From positions 32,001 through 96,000 of the forward strand of contig CACZYB010000001.1 of the NCBI GenBank assembly GCA_902785275.1: 64,000 nt of DNA. The letters are read 5' to 3'. The translations under genes were made by a program, and so were the position numbers. Positions 41,094 to 51,908 of the stretch are shown piece by piece (the first letter of the stretch is position 1; each line of letters opens with the position of its first letter). The notes under the pieces were generated by a model. That model did no database searches and had not been told where the DNA came from. It was given only the letters and a program-made list of their open reading frames with translations. The DNA comes from an uncultured Pseudomonadota bacterium (lineage in GTDB: Bacteria; Pseudomonadota; Alphaproteobacteria; Rs-D84; CACZYB01).

Positions 41094-44000
41094 TTAATTC
41101 CTTTTCAATTTCTTTGCACAATCACATATATTAGAACATGTTCCAGCACTTACTGCTTCATAAGAATATCTTAACATTTTTGCCATTGTTTGACTTGACT
41201 TTTCAGTTCCGCACATTTTTGTAAGTTCAGGAGATTTATTATTAACCTTACAATAATTAATCAACACATCAAGAGGTTCCATAATTTCAGTTGGCACACC
41301 ATTTTTCTTACAGTAAGAAATATATTTATCACCATCAAATACATAACTCGATACAGTTGATTGAGCTTGTGCTTGCCCCGGTGCAAGTCTCTGTTCTTCA
41401 CTAGCAGACACAGAAGTCGACCCCACAGCAAATTCTTTTTTATTTACAAGATTACATATTCCATTTGCCTTTTGATTTATATATGAAAAACCAGCTTTTT
41501 CCATACATGTTTTTGCATCCAAATTCAAAGATCCAGGGCTTGGTACCCCCAACTTTTCATAATAAGCCTTACATGTTACCTGTTTTATTAAGCTCTCACA
41601 ATCACTTTGCTTTTTCATCTTATTTTCAGGCAAAGAAATATCCTTGGTAATACCATAAGCTTCCACTTGTTGTGAAAGAAAATCTGTACACCATTTACTT
41701 TTCATTCTTTCATCACATAATTGCTTTATATTGGAATTTATACCATTAACAATTACATTGATATCAAGGTCCCTATTCGCAAGAACATTTCTTTTAAATT
41801 CTTGCTTAAAGCTATTCTTTTCTTCTTCATCTGTGATACATGCAAAATCAATATTACTCATTGCTTCTGATATTTTTTTATCAAGACACTCTTTTTCTAT
41901 CTTTTTATTTATATCAGTTACAAAAGCATCAATCTGACTAATATTTTCATTTGCTTTTGCCTTAAACTGAGTTATTACTTTCTTTTTATAAACTTCATCA
42001 TTAGCAAAACATTCAAACTTTATTTGCTTTTGTTTTTCAATAATTTTTCTTCTATCACTTTCCGCATCCACCGCATTCTTACATGCAATCAAATAAGACT
42101 CATTTGCAACATCAATCGAACCAATATTTTTAGGTACAAAATTAGGATTTCCTAACTTTAACTCAACATACTTTTTACAGTTTTTATCGTTCATATTAGG
42201 TACACATTTTTCAGTATAATCCGAAATAAATTCTGAACTATTTTCTTTAAACAATCCAAGCATACCCTTAATATTTTCATCCATCGAATTTTTAATTTTC
42301 TGCTCAAATGTTTCACACTTCTTACGTGCACAAACTTGATCAACATCATTCTGGGCAGTTCTAAGTTCTTCCAAAGATGTAATTTTATCATTATAATCAT
42401 TTTTATTTGGCAAACATTTTTTATCCAAAGAGTCAAAAAGACATTCTTTCAACTCCTCATACAAACTCTTACTATTCTTTCCAATCATAGAATTATCTTT
42501 GTTTGCAACATACCCAAATTTATCAAGTTGAGCTGCTTCCGTAACAATCTTTCCATTCTTCAATTTATATTGAGAAATCTCATATGATTGATCAGAAGGA
42601 ATAAAGAATTCACGATAATCTTTTTCCCACCAAGATTTTCCCTTTGGACATTTATCCTGTAAACTTTGAATATACATACGCATATTTTCAATATTTTTCT
42701 CTGCCTGAGGAATAATAAATTTCTCCAAACATTTTTCCCAATTTGAATAGCTTTCTATATTAGAAATTTTCTCAGGATTTTTCACAAATCTTTCAACAGT
42801 ATTCCAATCCAAAGAATTCCTAATATTTTTACAGAATTCATTTGACTTAAAATGTTTATTAATATTCATAACACGTGGACCAGAAGAATAACCCAAAGTC
42901 ATATATACAAAACCTCTATCTCCATCATATGTTTCATAAACAATCTTATCTGTATTGAAATGATTATTAACATCTCTACCATAGATAGCCAATTCCAAAT
43001 TATTAATCGCATCCATTCTGTTCTTTAACTTACTAAAGATAGAATTCAATTTTGCAACAATATCCAAACTTTTTTCTTGTTCTTCTGCTTCTTTTAATTT
43101 TCTTACATTATCATCTGCAATAGCACTTTGTGCATTTATTTCTTTAATCAAATCATCAAAATTTTTATCATCCAATTTTGGTTTCTTAACAAATTCTTTA
43201 TGACGAACCAAATCTTCAGGGAATTGATTCCCTGTTTTCTTTTTCTTCTCATTTATTGAAACTATTTCTTTATTCATATTACTCAAATCAACACCAGTAT
43301 CATCCGGTTTATAACCAGCAACTGTTCGTTTAGTATAATGATTAATAGCTTTCTTTTCCGTCTCCAACTTATCCATAAGTTGTCCCCAAGCAACATCAAA
43401 TTGTTTCTGTCTTTCTTTTGCTTGCTTTTCCTTATCTTTTGCATGCTGATCTACAATCTTTTTTAATTCAGTATTTATATATCTAACCTTTTCAATTTCC
43501 AAATCCAAAGCAGCTTTCTTACATGCAAAATCATTTCCACAATTTTGAATTTCTTTATTTATATCACCATTTGTAACAGTTTTTCCATCCTGTCCTTTGA
43601 ACTTAGTACTAAAGGCTTGTTCTTTACCAATTTTTTCTTTTGCGATTACCAAACGATCATTCAAAGGATCAACCGCATCACCAAAATCGTTAACTTTAAC
43701 TTCTGGTTTTTCTGAAACAATATTCTTTAATAATCCAGCTTCTTTTATCTTTTCTGTAAATAAGTCATTCATTAACTTATCAAGTTCAGCTTGTTCCGCA
43801 CCATTCTTTGCAGTAATCAACTTGTCCGCATTATCATTTGCAACGTTTATTTCTGTTTCAAGGTACGATTTCAACTTTACAAAATCATCATCGGAAATAT
43901 CTTTCAATTCAGGCTTTTCGATAACATTTTTTTTATCATCCTTATCTTTATTATGAGAAATAAGTCCAAGATTTTTATCTGTATTTTTAATTGCAGTATT

Positions 44001-44933
44001 CATACTTGCAACATCAATACCCTTATCATTGTTTACAACAACAAAACCTTTAAACCTATCATTATATCTTGTACCATCAAAGTCTTTAAAGGCATTCTTT
44101 TCTTTTTCCAAAGCCTCCTTAAGGTTACCCCACAAATCATTAATGATTCTTTCTTGCTCTGCTTTCTTATCTGAATCCCTCCTATTTTTAATAGATTCCA
44201 ATTCATCAGCATTAGCTTTTGTTTTATCTGTTTCTTTTTCAAGCTTATCAAATTGCTTTTGTAAACGATCACGATATTTTTCCAAAGCTTCCTTGTCACC
44301 CCTTGAAATTTCAGAATAAATATCTTCATCACCATGCTCTTTAATTTTATCACTTTCCACGATATATTTTTTTAAATCAGGATTTGTTTTAACAACTTCT
44401 TCTTTTGAAAGCTCTGTTATATTAACATCATGCTTTACACTACCTTCCAAATCATTAATAGCTTTTCTTTCTCTTTTTAATTGATTAAGAAGATCAGTTT
44501 TCTTCTGTGCAATATCTTCAATTAATTTTGCAATTTGAGAATTTATTTCATCAGATCTTATTTTTTCAAGCTTATCTCTTTCTGCAATAAAACGAGTTAG
44601 TTCATCATAAAAGCCAACAATATAGCCAAATGATTTTTCGGCATCCTTTTTAAATTCGTTTGTATCTTTTATTTTTCCCAATAACTCAGAATTTTTATAG
44701 TTAGAAGAAAATTTTTCCTCTGGCTTTCCCTTACAAATTTCTACTTCACCAAAATCCTTACAGAAATTAACATACTCTGACTTAAATTTTTTAACTGCCT
44801 TAACCAAATTTGGGACACTACTATCACTAACATTTAATTTTAAAACAGTCTTTACATCAGAGCCAGCAAAAGCACCTACAAAAAATGAATTTGTAAACAT
44901 GAAAAATAATAATATGGCCAAAATCTTTTTCAT
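41094..44933 (-). CDS. 1279-aa exported repeat protein with a Cys-rich C-terminus
   Basis: Signal peptide ending AFA; helical repeats; many paired Cys. Confidence 0.8.
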   Translation of the reverse strand: MKKILAILLFFMFTNSFFVGAFAGSDVKTVLKLNVSDSSVPNLVKAVKKFKSEYVNFCKDFGEVEICKGKPEEKFSSNYKNSELLGKIKDTNEFKKDAEKSFGYIVGFYDELTRFIAERDKLEKIRSDEINSQIAKLIEDIAQKKTDLLNQLKRERKAINDLEGSVKHDVNITELSKEEVVKTNPDLKKYIVESDKIKEHGDEDIYSEISRGDKEALEKYRDRLQKQFDKLEKETDKTKANADELESIKNRRDSDKKAEQERIINDLWGNLKEALEKEKNAFKDFDGTRYNDRFKGFVVVNNDKGIDVASMNTAIKNTDKNLGLISHNKDKDDKKNVIEKPELKDISDDDFVKLKSYLETEINVANDNADKLITAKNGAEQAELDKLMNDLFTEKIKEAGLLKNIVSEKPEVKVNDFGDAVDPLNDRLVIAKEKIGKEQAFSTKFKGQDGKTVTNGDINKEIQNCGNDFACKKAALDLEIEKVRYINTELKKIVDQHAKDKEKQAKERQKQFDVAWGQLMDKLETEKKAINHYTKRTVAGYKPDDTGVDLSNMNKEIVSINEKKKKTGNQFPEDLVRHKEFVKKPKLDDKNFDDLIKEINAQSAIADDNVRKLKEAEEQEKSLDIVAKLNSIFSKLKNRMDAINNLELAIYGRDVNNHFNTDKIVYETYDGDRGFVYMTLGYSSGPRVMNINKHFKSNEFCKNIRNSLDWNTVERFVKNPEKISNIESYSNWEKCLEKFIIPQAEKNIENMRMYIQSLQDKCPKGKSWWEKDYREFFIPSDQSYEISQYKLKNGKIVTEAAQLDKFGYVANKDNSMIGKNSKSLYEELKECLFDSLDKKCLPNKNDYNDKITSLEELRTAQNDVDQVCARKKCETFEQKIKNSMDENIKGMLGLFKENSSEFISDYTEKCVPNMNDKNCKKYVELKLGNPNFVPKNIGSIDVANESYLIACKNAVDAESDRRKIIEKQKQIKFECFANDEVYKKKVITQFKAKANENISQIDAFVTDINKKIEKECLDKKISEAMSNIDFACITDEEEKNSFKQEFKRNVLANRDLDINVIVNGINSNIKQLCDERMKSKWCTDFLSQQVEAYGITKDISLPENKMKKQSDCESLIKQVTCKAYYEKLGVPSPGSLNLDAKTCMEKAGFSYINQKANGICNLVNKKEFAVGSTSVSASEEQRLAPGQAQAQSTVSSYVFDGDKYISYCKKNGVPTEIMEPLDVLINYCKVNNKSPELTKMCGTEKSSQTMAKMLRYSYEAVSAGTCSNICDCAKKLKRN

Positions 44934-45025
44934 ACGGATATTATATCATTTTTTTTAATCAAGGGCAAGGGGTATTTAAAAAAAACTCCCATCAAAAGTG
45001 GGAGCTATAAAACACATTTTAAATT

Positions 45026-46027
45026 TTATTCAGTAACATCTGTAGTTGACGAAGTTGGCTCAACAACCTCTGCTGGCTTTTCAGCAGGTTTTTCAGTCTT
45101 CTTCTTTGCCCAATCTTCACCGGCAAAAACACCAACTTGATCAACAACCCAATCTTTACCACCCTTAAGAATACCTTCTTTTTCAATCTTTCTTTCAAGA
45201 GAACTTTTCTTATCAACAAGTTGAATATTTGCATCATAAAGTTCAGTATAGTGTTTATCACCACACATCATATTACCCTGTGACTTCAAACTGTTTGTAA
45301 GTTGAATCAAATCACGTGGAAATTCTGTTGTCTTGAAATCAATTTTCAAATCAAGAAGTCTTGTATACGATGCAAGATTTGACCAACCAATATTTCCAAC
45401 CTTTGAGAAGTACACGGTTAAATCATCACCCGCTTCAGAAGGAGAAATTGTTTCACCATTTGAAAGTTGTGCATACTGTGCAATAATTGCATTTGTACCA
45501 CAATAATCATCCAAAGCAGATTGTGAAATTATAACCTTTTCATTTTGGTTTGTAAGTACATATCTGTAACATGCTTCCGCAGCCAAAGAACGAGCCACTG
45601 CAATATTACAATTTTTCTTTTCATTAAGTGCATAGCTATCATATGAATCCCAAAGATTATTTACAGCTTCCTCAATAAAGTTTGCACAGTATGTTTCGTT
45701 AACATCTTTTATATCAGTAGGAAGAGTAATTTTTGCATATGCTTCTGTTGCATTTTTACACTTAGTTTTACCACAATAATTTTGAAGAGCATTCACAACC
45801 ATACTGGAACATTTTCTTTTTGCAACAGCATCAGTCACAGCCGCAACCTTTGTATAGTCAGAAGATGTTTTTGTAGTATCAGAAACAGTTGCATTCACAG
45901 TAGTTGTCACACCACGAACAGTTACATTTTTTGAACCGGAACGAATATTATTATGTCTTCTTCCAGCCTCAGCATCCATAGATACCAAAACCCCAAGTCC
46001 AAGCAATGCAATAATCTTTTTATTCAT
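45026..46027 (-). CDS. Exported Cys-patterned protein, paralog family member 3
   Basis: KNCNIA..AAEACY, MCGD, SSLERKIEKEGILKG. Confidence 0.82.
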   Translation of the reverse strand: MNKKIIALLGLGVLVSMDAEAGRRHNNIRSGSKNVTVRGVTTTVNATVSDTTKTSSDYTKVAAVTDAVAKRKCSSMVVNALQNYCGKTKCKNATEAYAKITLPTDIKDVNETYCANFIEEAVNNLWDSYDSYALNEKKNCNIAVARSLAAEACYRYVLTNQNEKVIISQSALDDYCGTNAIIAQYAQLSNGETISPSEAGDDLTVYFSKVGNIGWSNLASYTRLLDLKIDFKTTEFPRDLIQLTNSLKSQGNMMCGDKHYTELYDANIQLVDKKSSLERKIEKEGILKGGKDWVVDQVGVFAGEDWAKKKTEKPAEKPAEVVEPTSSTTDVTE

Positions 46028-46044
46028 TTAAATTCTCCCTATTT

Positions 46045-47493
46045 TTACTCATTAAATTTTGTGTTTAAATAATTTATAATGTTGTTAACATCTGTTGCTT
46101 CCTCTAACTTTTCCGCAACAATTTTGTTAAGATAAGTTCTTGGTAAAACAACATCAACCGTATGCTTTACCTGTTCGACATCTACTTTCGATGTTCCAAC
46201 CTTAACATCAATAATTGCATAAGCCCCCTTTGCAACCAAAAGATATCTTCCATCATGATCTTTGGTAATAAGCCCAAGTTTTTCATCAGGATTATCATCA
46301 TCGACATTCAAACTTTCCAAACCATCAACAACATCAATACCAGGAGCTGAAGCATCATCCTTTTCTTCATCAGAACCAAAGATACCCTTTTTAATTACCT
46401 TATTTGCCTTATCTTCACCAATAAAGACACTTGCCTGAGTCATAGCCCAATCTTGACCACCCTTTAAGGCCCCCTTCTCACTAATCTGACGTTGAAGTGA
46501 TGATTTTTCATCTAAGATTTGCATATCAATTTTGTGTTCTGAAATTGCATACTCTTTTCCACAAGCCGCCCCAACATCACTTAAATGAGAATTCAAAATC
46601 TGTGTAATATCACGTTCCCATGTATTAGTTTTATCAGTAATTTTTCCATCCAAGAAATTACCAATCAATGCAGAACCATCCGCCGCACCAATTTTCCCAG
46701 CATGCAAATATAAATCCGGAATATTCTTTGGAAACTTTACCCTTGAACTATCATCTTCACCAAAAAGTTGAGCCCACTTTGCATGAAGCCCAGTATATCC
46801 ACAAATGTTTTGCAAATCAGATGAAATATTCCTTGTTGCACCATATGCCTTTCCCGCAGCCAACACAGCCTGAAAACATTCATTCGATGCTTCGGCAACA
46901 ACTCTTTTAAGCTTACAGTTTGGTGAATTTATTCCTGTAATTGAAAAATCTTCTGCAACAGATTTTGCCAAATCTTCGGTATATAAATAACAAACCTTAT
47001 CATACTCATACTGTACCCCATTTATATATACGATAAGGGAGGATGTATCAAACTTTAAAAACAAATCATTCGCATCATAGCATTTCAAACTTTTATCTTC
47101 GGAAAGCCCATTATTTGAAAAAGCATCACGACAAACATTATTCACAGCATTCAAAAATACGTTTCCACATGCTTTTTTCTGAGCAATCACAGTAGGATCA
47201 GTTTTTTGGAAACATTCAATTGGATTTAAGGCATTTTTAACATAGTTTACAGGATCCAAGCATTCACACTCTGACCCATTGGCATTTGGTTGAGCATTTT
47301 GCCCACATTTCAAAGCATTACTGTTTGACGAGGAAGCCAAAAGACTCTTATTCACGCGAAGTCCGGCTGAATCTTTGTAATTTGAAGCCTTTGAGATTTT
47401 AGATGAGCGTCGTACCTCACGACAAAAGGAAATATCGGTAAACGCTACCGAAAAAAAACAAGCTAGTAATGAAAATTTTGTAAATTTTCTCAT
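46045..47493 (-). CDS. Exported Cys-patterned protein, paralog family member 4
   Basis: NCKL..ASNECF, ACGK, SSLQRQISEKGALKG; extra small Cys module near the N-terminus. Confidence 0.82.
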   Translation of the reverse strand: MRKFTKFSLLACFFSVAFTDISFCREVRRSSKISKASNYKDSAGLRVNKSLLASSSNSNALKCGQNAQPNANGSECECLDPVNYVKNALNPIECFQKTDPTVIAQKKACGNVFLNAVNNVCRDAFSNNGLSEDKSLKCYDANDLFLKFDTSSLIVYINGVQYEYDKVCYLYTEDLAKSVAEDFSITGINSPNCKLKRVVAEASNECFQAVLAAGKAYGATRNISSDLQNICGYTGLHAKWAQLFGEDDSSRVKFPKNIPDLYLHAGKIGAADGSALIGNFLDGKITDKTNTWERDITQILNSHLSDVGAACGKEYAISEHKIDMQILDEKSSLQRQISEKGALKGGQDWAMTQASVFIGEDKANKVIKKGIFGSDEEKDDASAPGIDVVDGLESLNVDDDNPDEKLGLITKDHDGRYLLVAKGAYAIIDVKVGTSKVDVEQVKHTVDVVLPRTYLNKIVAEKLEEATDVNNIINYLNTKFNE

Positions 47494-47666
47494 TCTTTTC
47501 CTCTACCTCATTACATTATAGCACTTTTTTAAATTTTAATCAATTAAAATAATTATTTTACCATTTTTTTAATAAACACTTGAAAATTTGTAAAAATAAG
47601 TATAAAAATATATTAATTTTTTAATAATCGGGTAGTTTTACCCTTCAATTTTTATAGGAGTTTATT

Positions 47667-48278
47667 ATGATTGGAAAAATATTGATGCCTAAAGCAACTG
47701 CAGTTTGGTTGATTGATAATACTGCATTAACATTCGAACAAATTGCTGATTTCTGTGGTATGCATGTACTAGAAGTTCAAGCATTAGCTGATCGTGAAAT
47801 AACAGAATATATCGTTGGAACAAGCCCAATTCTTAACGGTATGCTTACAAAAGAAGACATTGAAAAATGTGAAAAAGATCCATCAGCAAGACTTTCACTT
47901 AACAAAACATCAGAAGAATTCATAAATAAAAGTCGTGATGTAAAATCAAGATATACTCCTATGGCACACAGACAAAATCGTCCTGATGCAATTTTGTGGC
48001 TTATAAAGAACCATCCTGATATTTCAGATGCTCAAATTTGTAAACTTGTAAGAACAACAAAATCAACTATTGAAGCAATTCGTGACAGAACACACAAAAG
48101 TATTGCAGAAATTCAACCAAGAAATCCTGTACTTTTGGGAATTTGTTCTGAATTTGACTTAACAAAAGCTATCGCAGAAGCTGAAAAAAAGGCTGAAAAT
48201 GCAAGAAAAAGAGCAGAAGCTTTAAGCAAAAAAGCCAATAAAATTTCAGAAAATGATACTTTTGAAGAAGAAATATAG
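47667..48278 (+). CDS. trcR: DUF1013 / TrcR-like transcription factor
   Basis: LMPKATAVWLIDNTALTFEQIA, RYTP, RPDAILWL; alphaproteobacterial family. Confidence 0.85.
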   Translation: MIGKILMPKATAVWLIDNTALTFEQIADFCGMHVLEVQALADREITEYIVGTSPILNGMLTKEDIEKCEKDPSARLSLNKTSEEFINKSRDVKSRYTPMAHRQNRPDAILWLIKNHPDISDAQICKLVRTTKSTIEAIRDRTHKSIAEIQPRNPVLLGICSEFDLTKAIAEAEKKAENARKRAEALSKKANKISENDTFEEEI

Positions 48279-48363
48279 TTGTTTTTCCTAAAATACATTG
48301 ACTTTTGTCATAAAAAGTTTTAGAAAGAACAAATGAAAACGCGTTTCCTTTAACCTTTAAATT

Positions 48364-50559
48364 GTGGTGTTTATTGTGTTCTTTAAGAAAAAAAAATCAG
48401 AAAAAAATATCGACAGTATGGTTGCTCCTGAAAAAAATATAGAAGCAACCTCTTCTGTTAATAGTATTAACCCTGCTTTTGAAGAAGATGAAAATCTTAA
48501 TCAAACTTCATTCAGTGATAAAAATCTATCACCAGAAGATATGGCAACCGAATTTTTGGTTTCTGGCCTTTCTGAAAATCTTCAAAAACTTATAAAGCAC
48601 GCCCAAAAAACGGGCGTCGTTTCACGTATAATGGTCGAACAAGCTTGTGAAATGGATGGTCTTTCTGCAGAAGAAGCCGAAGATGCCCTTATCCGTATTT
48701 CGGAAATCGGTGTAAACATAAAAGAAGAATATGATGAAGGTGAAGAACTTTCCATCGGTGATGATGAAGACAAAGATGTAAAAACATCTTACAACAGATC
48801 TGAAAACAATTCTTTCGATGACGAAGACGATGAAGATGAAGAAGATATTGAATTAAAGCAATCAAAAAATGCAACTGCAATGCAAGAATTTCTTTCTTCA
48901 CACCAGGGTGATGATGATGAAATCAAATTTGTTGAAAGCAGAAGCAGTGATCCAGTAAGAAATTATCTTCGTGCAATGGGTACCATCGAACTTTTCTCTC
49001 GTGCTGGAGAAATTGCTATTGCAAAAAGAATTGAAGCTGGCCGTAAACTTATGATTGAAGGTCTTTGCGACAGCCCTATGACTGTTAAAAAAATTCTTGA
49101 TTGGTACGACAGTCTTACAAAGGAAGAAATGCAACTTCGTGATATCATCAACCTTGATTTGATGTATGGCGATGTATTTATGGATAAGGATTTTTCAGAA
49201 GAAGAACTTGAAGCTGAAGAAGAAGACGATGATACTTCTACAATTGATGATTTAGATGATGAAAACCTTGATGAATCTGAATTATATGAAGACAGTTCAC
49301 AGGTTCCAATAACCGCAATGGAAGAATCATTACGTCCAACAGTTGTTGAAACTTTTGAAAATATTAAAAAGGTTTATTCAAAGTTACATAAATTAGAAGA
49401 AAAACAAGGCGATTCTAAAACAAAAACAACCCTTGCTACGTTCAAGGAAAAACATGCAAAACTTTATGTCGAACTTGTTTCCTATATGTCTGTAATAAAG
49501 CTTAACGATGCAAGGATTACCGAACTTCTTGATGAAATGACCGATAAAAACAAAAAGCTTTTATCACTTGAAGGTCGTCTTCTCCGTTTGGCTGAAAATT
49601 CCAGAATTAAACGTGAAGACTTCCTTGAAAAATATAAGGAAAGCGGTCTTACTGATGCATGGATAAAGAAAATTTCAAAGATTACATCAAAAGATTGGAA
49701 ACGTTTCACAACTGTACACATTGATGAAATCAACAGAATTAAAAATGAAATGCAGGCAATCCAGGACGAAACTGGTCTTCCACTAAAGGAATACAAAACT
49801 GTTGTTGAAGTGGTAAGAAAAGGTGAACGTTTTGAATCCGCCGCTAAAAAGGAAATGATTGAAGCTAACCTTCGTTTGGTTATCTCTATTGCAAAGAAAT
49901 ATACAAACCGTGGTCTTCAATTCCTTGATTTGGTACAAGAAGGTAACATCGGTCTTATGAAAGCCGTTGATAAGTTTGAATACCGTCGTGGTTACAAATT
50001 CTCAACTTATGCAACATGGTGGATAAGACAGGCTATAACACGTTCTATCGCTGATCAGGCACGAACAATCCGTATTCCTGTTCACATGATTGAAACAATC
50101 ACAAAGTTGAAAAAAACTTCACGTGTTATGATGCAAGATATGGGCCGTGAACCAACACCAGAAGAACTTGCAAAGAAAATTGGTATGCCAATTGATCGTG
50201 TAAGAAAAGTTCTTCGTATCGCGAAATCCCCTATCTCTCTTGAAACACCGGTTGGTGATGATGAGGATAGTTCATTCCGCGATTTCCTTGAAGATAAAAA
50301 TGTTGTTAAACCACTTGATGCCGTTGTTAACAGCAACCTTCGTGAAATTACATCACAGGTTTTATCAACACTTACACCAAGGGAAGAACGTGTTCTTCGT
50401 ATGCGTTTCGGTATCGGTATGAACAGCGATCATACATTGGAAGAAGTTGGTAAACAATTCTCTGTTACCCGTGAACGTATTCGTCAAATTGAAGCAAAGG
50501 CTTTAAGAAAATTAAAGCACCCTACCCGTGCCAAAAAGCTTAAAACTTTTGTTGAATAA
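48364..50559 (+). CDS. rpoD: RNA polymerase sigma-70 factor (start codon uncertain)
   Basis: [40 protein letters not shown]. Confidence 0.96.
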   Translation: MVFIVFFKKKKSEKNIDSMVAPEKNIEATSSVNSINPAFEEDENLNQTSFSDKNLSPEDMATEFLVSGLSENLQKLIKHAQKTGVVSRIMVEQACEMDGLSAEEAEDALIRISEIGVNIKEEYDEGEELSIGDDEDKDVKTSYNRSENNSFDDEDDEDEEDIELKQSKNATAMQEFLSSHQGDDDEIKFVESRSSDPVRNYLRAMGTIELFSRAGEIAIAKRIEAGRKLMIEGLCDSPMTVKKILDWYDSLTKEEMQLRDIINLDLMYGDVFMDKDFSEEELEAEEEDDDTSTIDDLDDENLDESELYEDSSQVPITAMEESLRPTVVETFENIKKVYSKLHKLEEKQGDSKTKTTLATFKEKHAKLYVELVSYMSVIKLNDARITELLDEMTDKNKKLLSLEGRLLRLAENSRIKREDFLEKYKESGLTDAWIKKISKITSKDWKRFTTVHIDEINRIKNEMQAIQDETGLPLKEYKTVVEVVRKGERFESAAKKEMIEANLRLVISIAKKYTNRGLQFLDLVQEGNIGLMKAVDKFEYRRGYKFSTYATWWIRQAITRSIADQARTIRIPVHMIETITKLKKTSRVMMQDMGREPTPEELAKKIGMPIDRVRKVLRIAKSPISLETPVGDDEDSSFRDFLEDKNVVKPLDAVVNSNLREITSQVLSTLTPREERVLRMRFGIGMNSDHTLEEVGKQFSVTRERIRQIEAKALRKLKHPTRAKKLKTFVE

Positions 50560-50589
50560 ATTTGATTTAAAAATTAACTATAAAAAATT

Positions 50590-50617
50590 AAGCCCCCGTT
50601 TCCGAGGGCTTTTTTTG
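50590..50617 (+). terminator. rpoD terminator
   Basis: AAGCCCCCG-loop-CGAGGGCTT followed by a T tract. Confidence 0.75.
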
Positions 50618-50636
50618 AACATATCACAAAGAATTT

Positions 50637-51899
50637 TTACAATGCTTTCTCACACTTTTCGGCCATATCACTATCTTTTTTAGCTTTAGATATCTGTACA
50701 GCGGAAAGTGTTGTCGAAGTTGCCGAAGTACCAAGAGTTACACCAGCCAAAATATTTGACGCAGTATTCAAATTTTTTTCCTTCTTTTTACCTGCTTCAG
50801 TATTGTCATTACGAACACTGTCTTTGTTTGCCATAAATGAAGTAACAGTACCCGCACCCGCAGTCATTGTACCAATACCAGAAACAATACTATTTGCTGT
50901 GGCAAGGTTTTTAAGTGATTTAATATTTCCTTCATCATAACCTGTACATACAGAAAGTATATTATTTGCACTTACAACCAAAGTATCAGTTGCTTCAACT
51001 TCCTCCGCCTCAGCAGTTGCTTTAGCCAAACGAAGTTCAGACAATGCGCTATTACAGCTAGACATTTTTTCTGCAAGCTTGGTTGCACTAAGTGTCGCAC
51101 CAATCGATGTTCCTGTAGATACAGCAGATGTCAAAGTTGCACCAGCCATCAAACCAGTTCTAACATGCCCCAAAGTCTTTGATGTCTTTTCATCCTTGGC
51201 AATCTCTGCCCTTAATGCTTCTGCATCCTTATCCAAATCAGACAAAGCAGAGGCCACAGACTTCTTTAAATTTTCTTCACTACTTGTATCCAAAGAAATA
51301 TCTTTAGGTGTCAAAAGGTTAAGTTCAGCTTCTTTTTCCTCAATCTTTTTATCTTTGTTTGCCTTAACTAATCCAACAGCTAAAGCACCACCAGAAACAA
51401 GAGTTCCTAAACCAGAAGATACAGTTGTTGCAACACTCAAACCAAATATTGTATCAAGGTTTGATTTAATACCTGAACATTCATTTCTTACATTATCAAG
51501 TTTTGATGAAAGGCTTTCTTTTGCCTTTTTCAAAGATTCGTTTTTCTTTTCTTCCTCTTTTTTCTTCATATTTGCAATAAGATCGTTATTTGCCTGAAGT
51601 TCATCTCTTACAACAGCCCTTACCGCATCAACATCATTTGTTACACTGTTATCAATAATTTTTGTTTCAACAACAGGTGTACTTGTAACCACAGGTTCAG
51701 AAGCAACAACTGCTTTTTTCTCCTCAACTATTGCCTCAACATCCTTAACATCGACACTTGTTTTCTTTGACATTTTTTTCACTGCTGAAACTCTTTTCTT
51801 ATTTGATCCAGCACGCTTTTTTGATGGTTTTGAATACGCAATCGCAGATTCAAGTGAAATTGCCAATACCAAAGTTAATACAGAAACTTTTTTAAACAT
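50637..51899 (-). CDS. Exported protein with duplicated Gly/Ala/Thr-rich hydrophobic hairpins
   Basis: Signal peptide, basic patch, coiled coil, four small-residue hydrophobic helices. Confidence 0.78.
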   Translation of the reverse strand: MFKKVSVLTLVLAISLESAIAYSKPSKKRAGSNKKRVSAVKKMSKKTSVDVKDVEAIVEEKKAVVASEPVVTSTPVVETKIIDNSVTNDVDAVRAVVRDELQANNDLIANMKKKEEEKKNESLKKAKESLSSKLDNVRNECSGIKSNLDTIFGLSVATTVSSGLGTLVSGGALAVGLVKANKDKKIEEKEAELNLLTPKDISLDTSSEENLKKSVASALSDLDKDAEALRAEIAKDEKTSKTLGHVRTGLMAGATLTSAVSTGTSIGATLSATKLAEKMSSCNSALSELRLAKATAEAEEVEATDTLVVSANNILSVCTGYDEGNIKSLKNLATANSIVSGIGTMTAGAGTVTSFMANKDSVRNDNTEAGKKKEKNLNTASNILAGVTLGTSATSTTLSAVQISKAKKDSDMAEKCEKAL

Positions 51900-51908
51900 T
51901 TTTATCTC

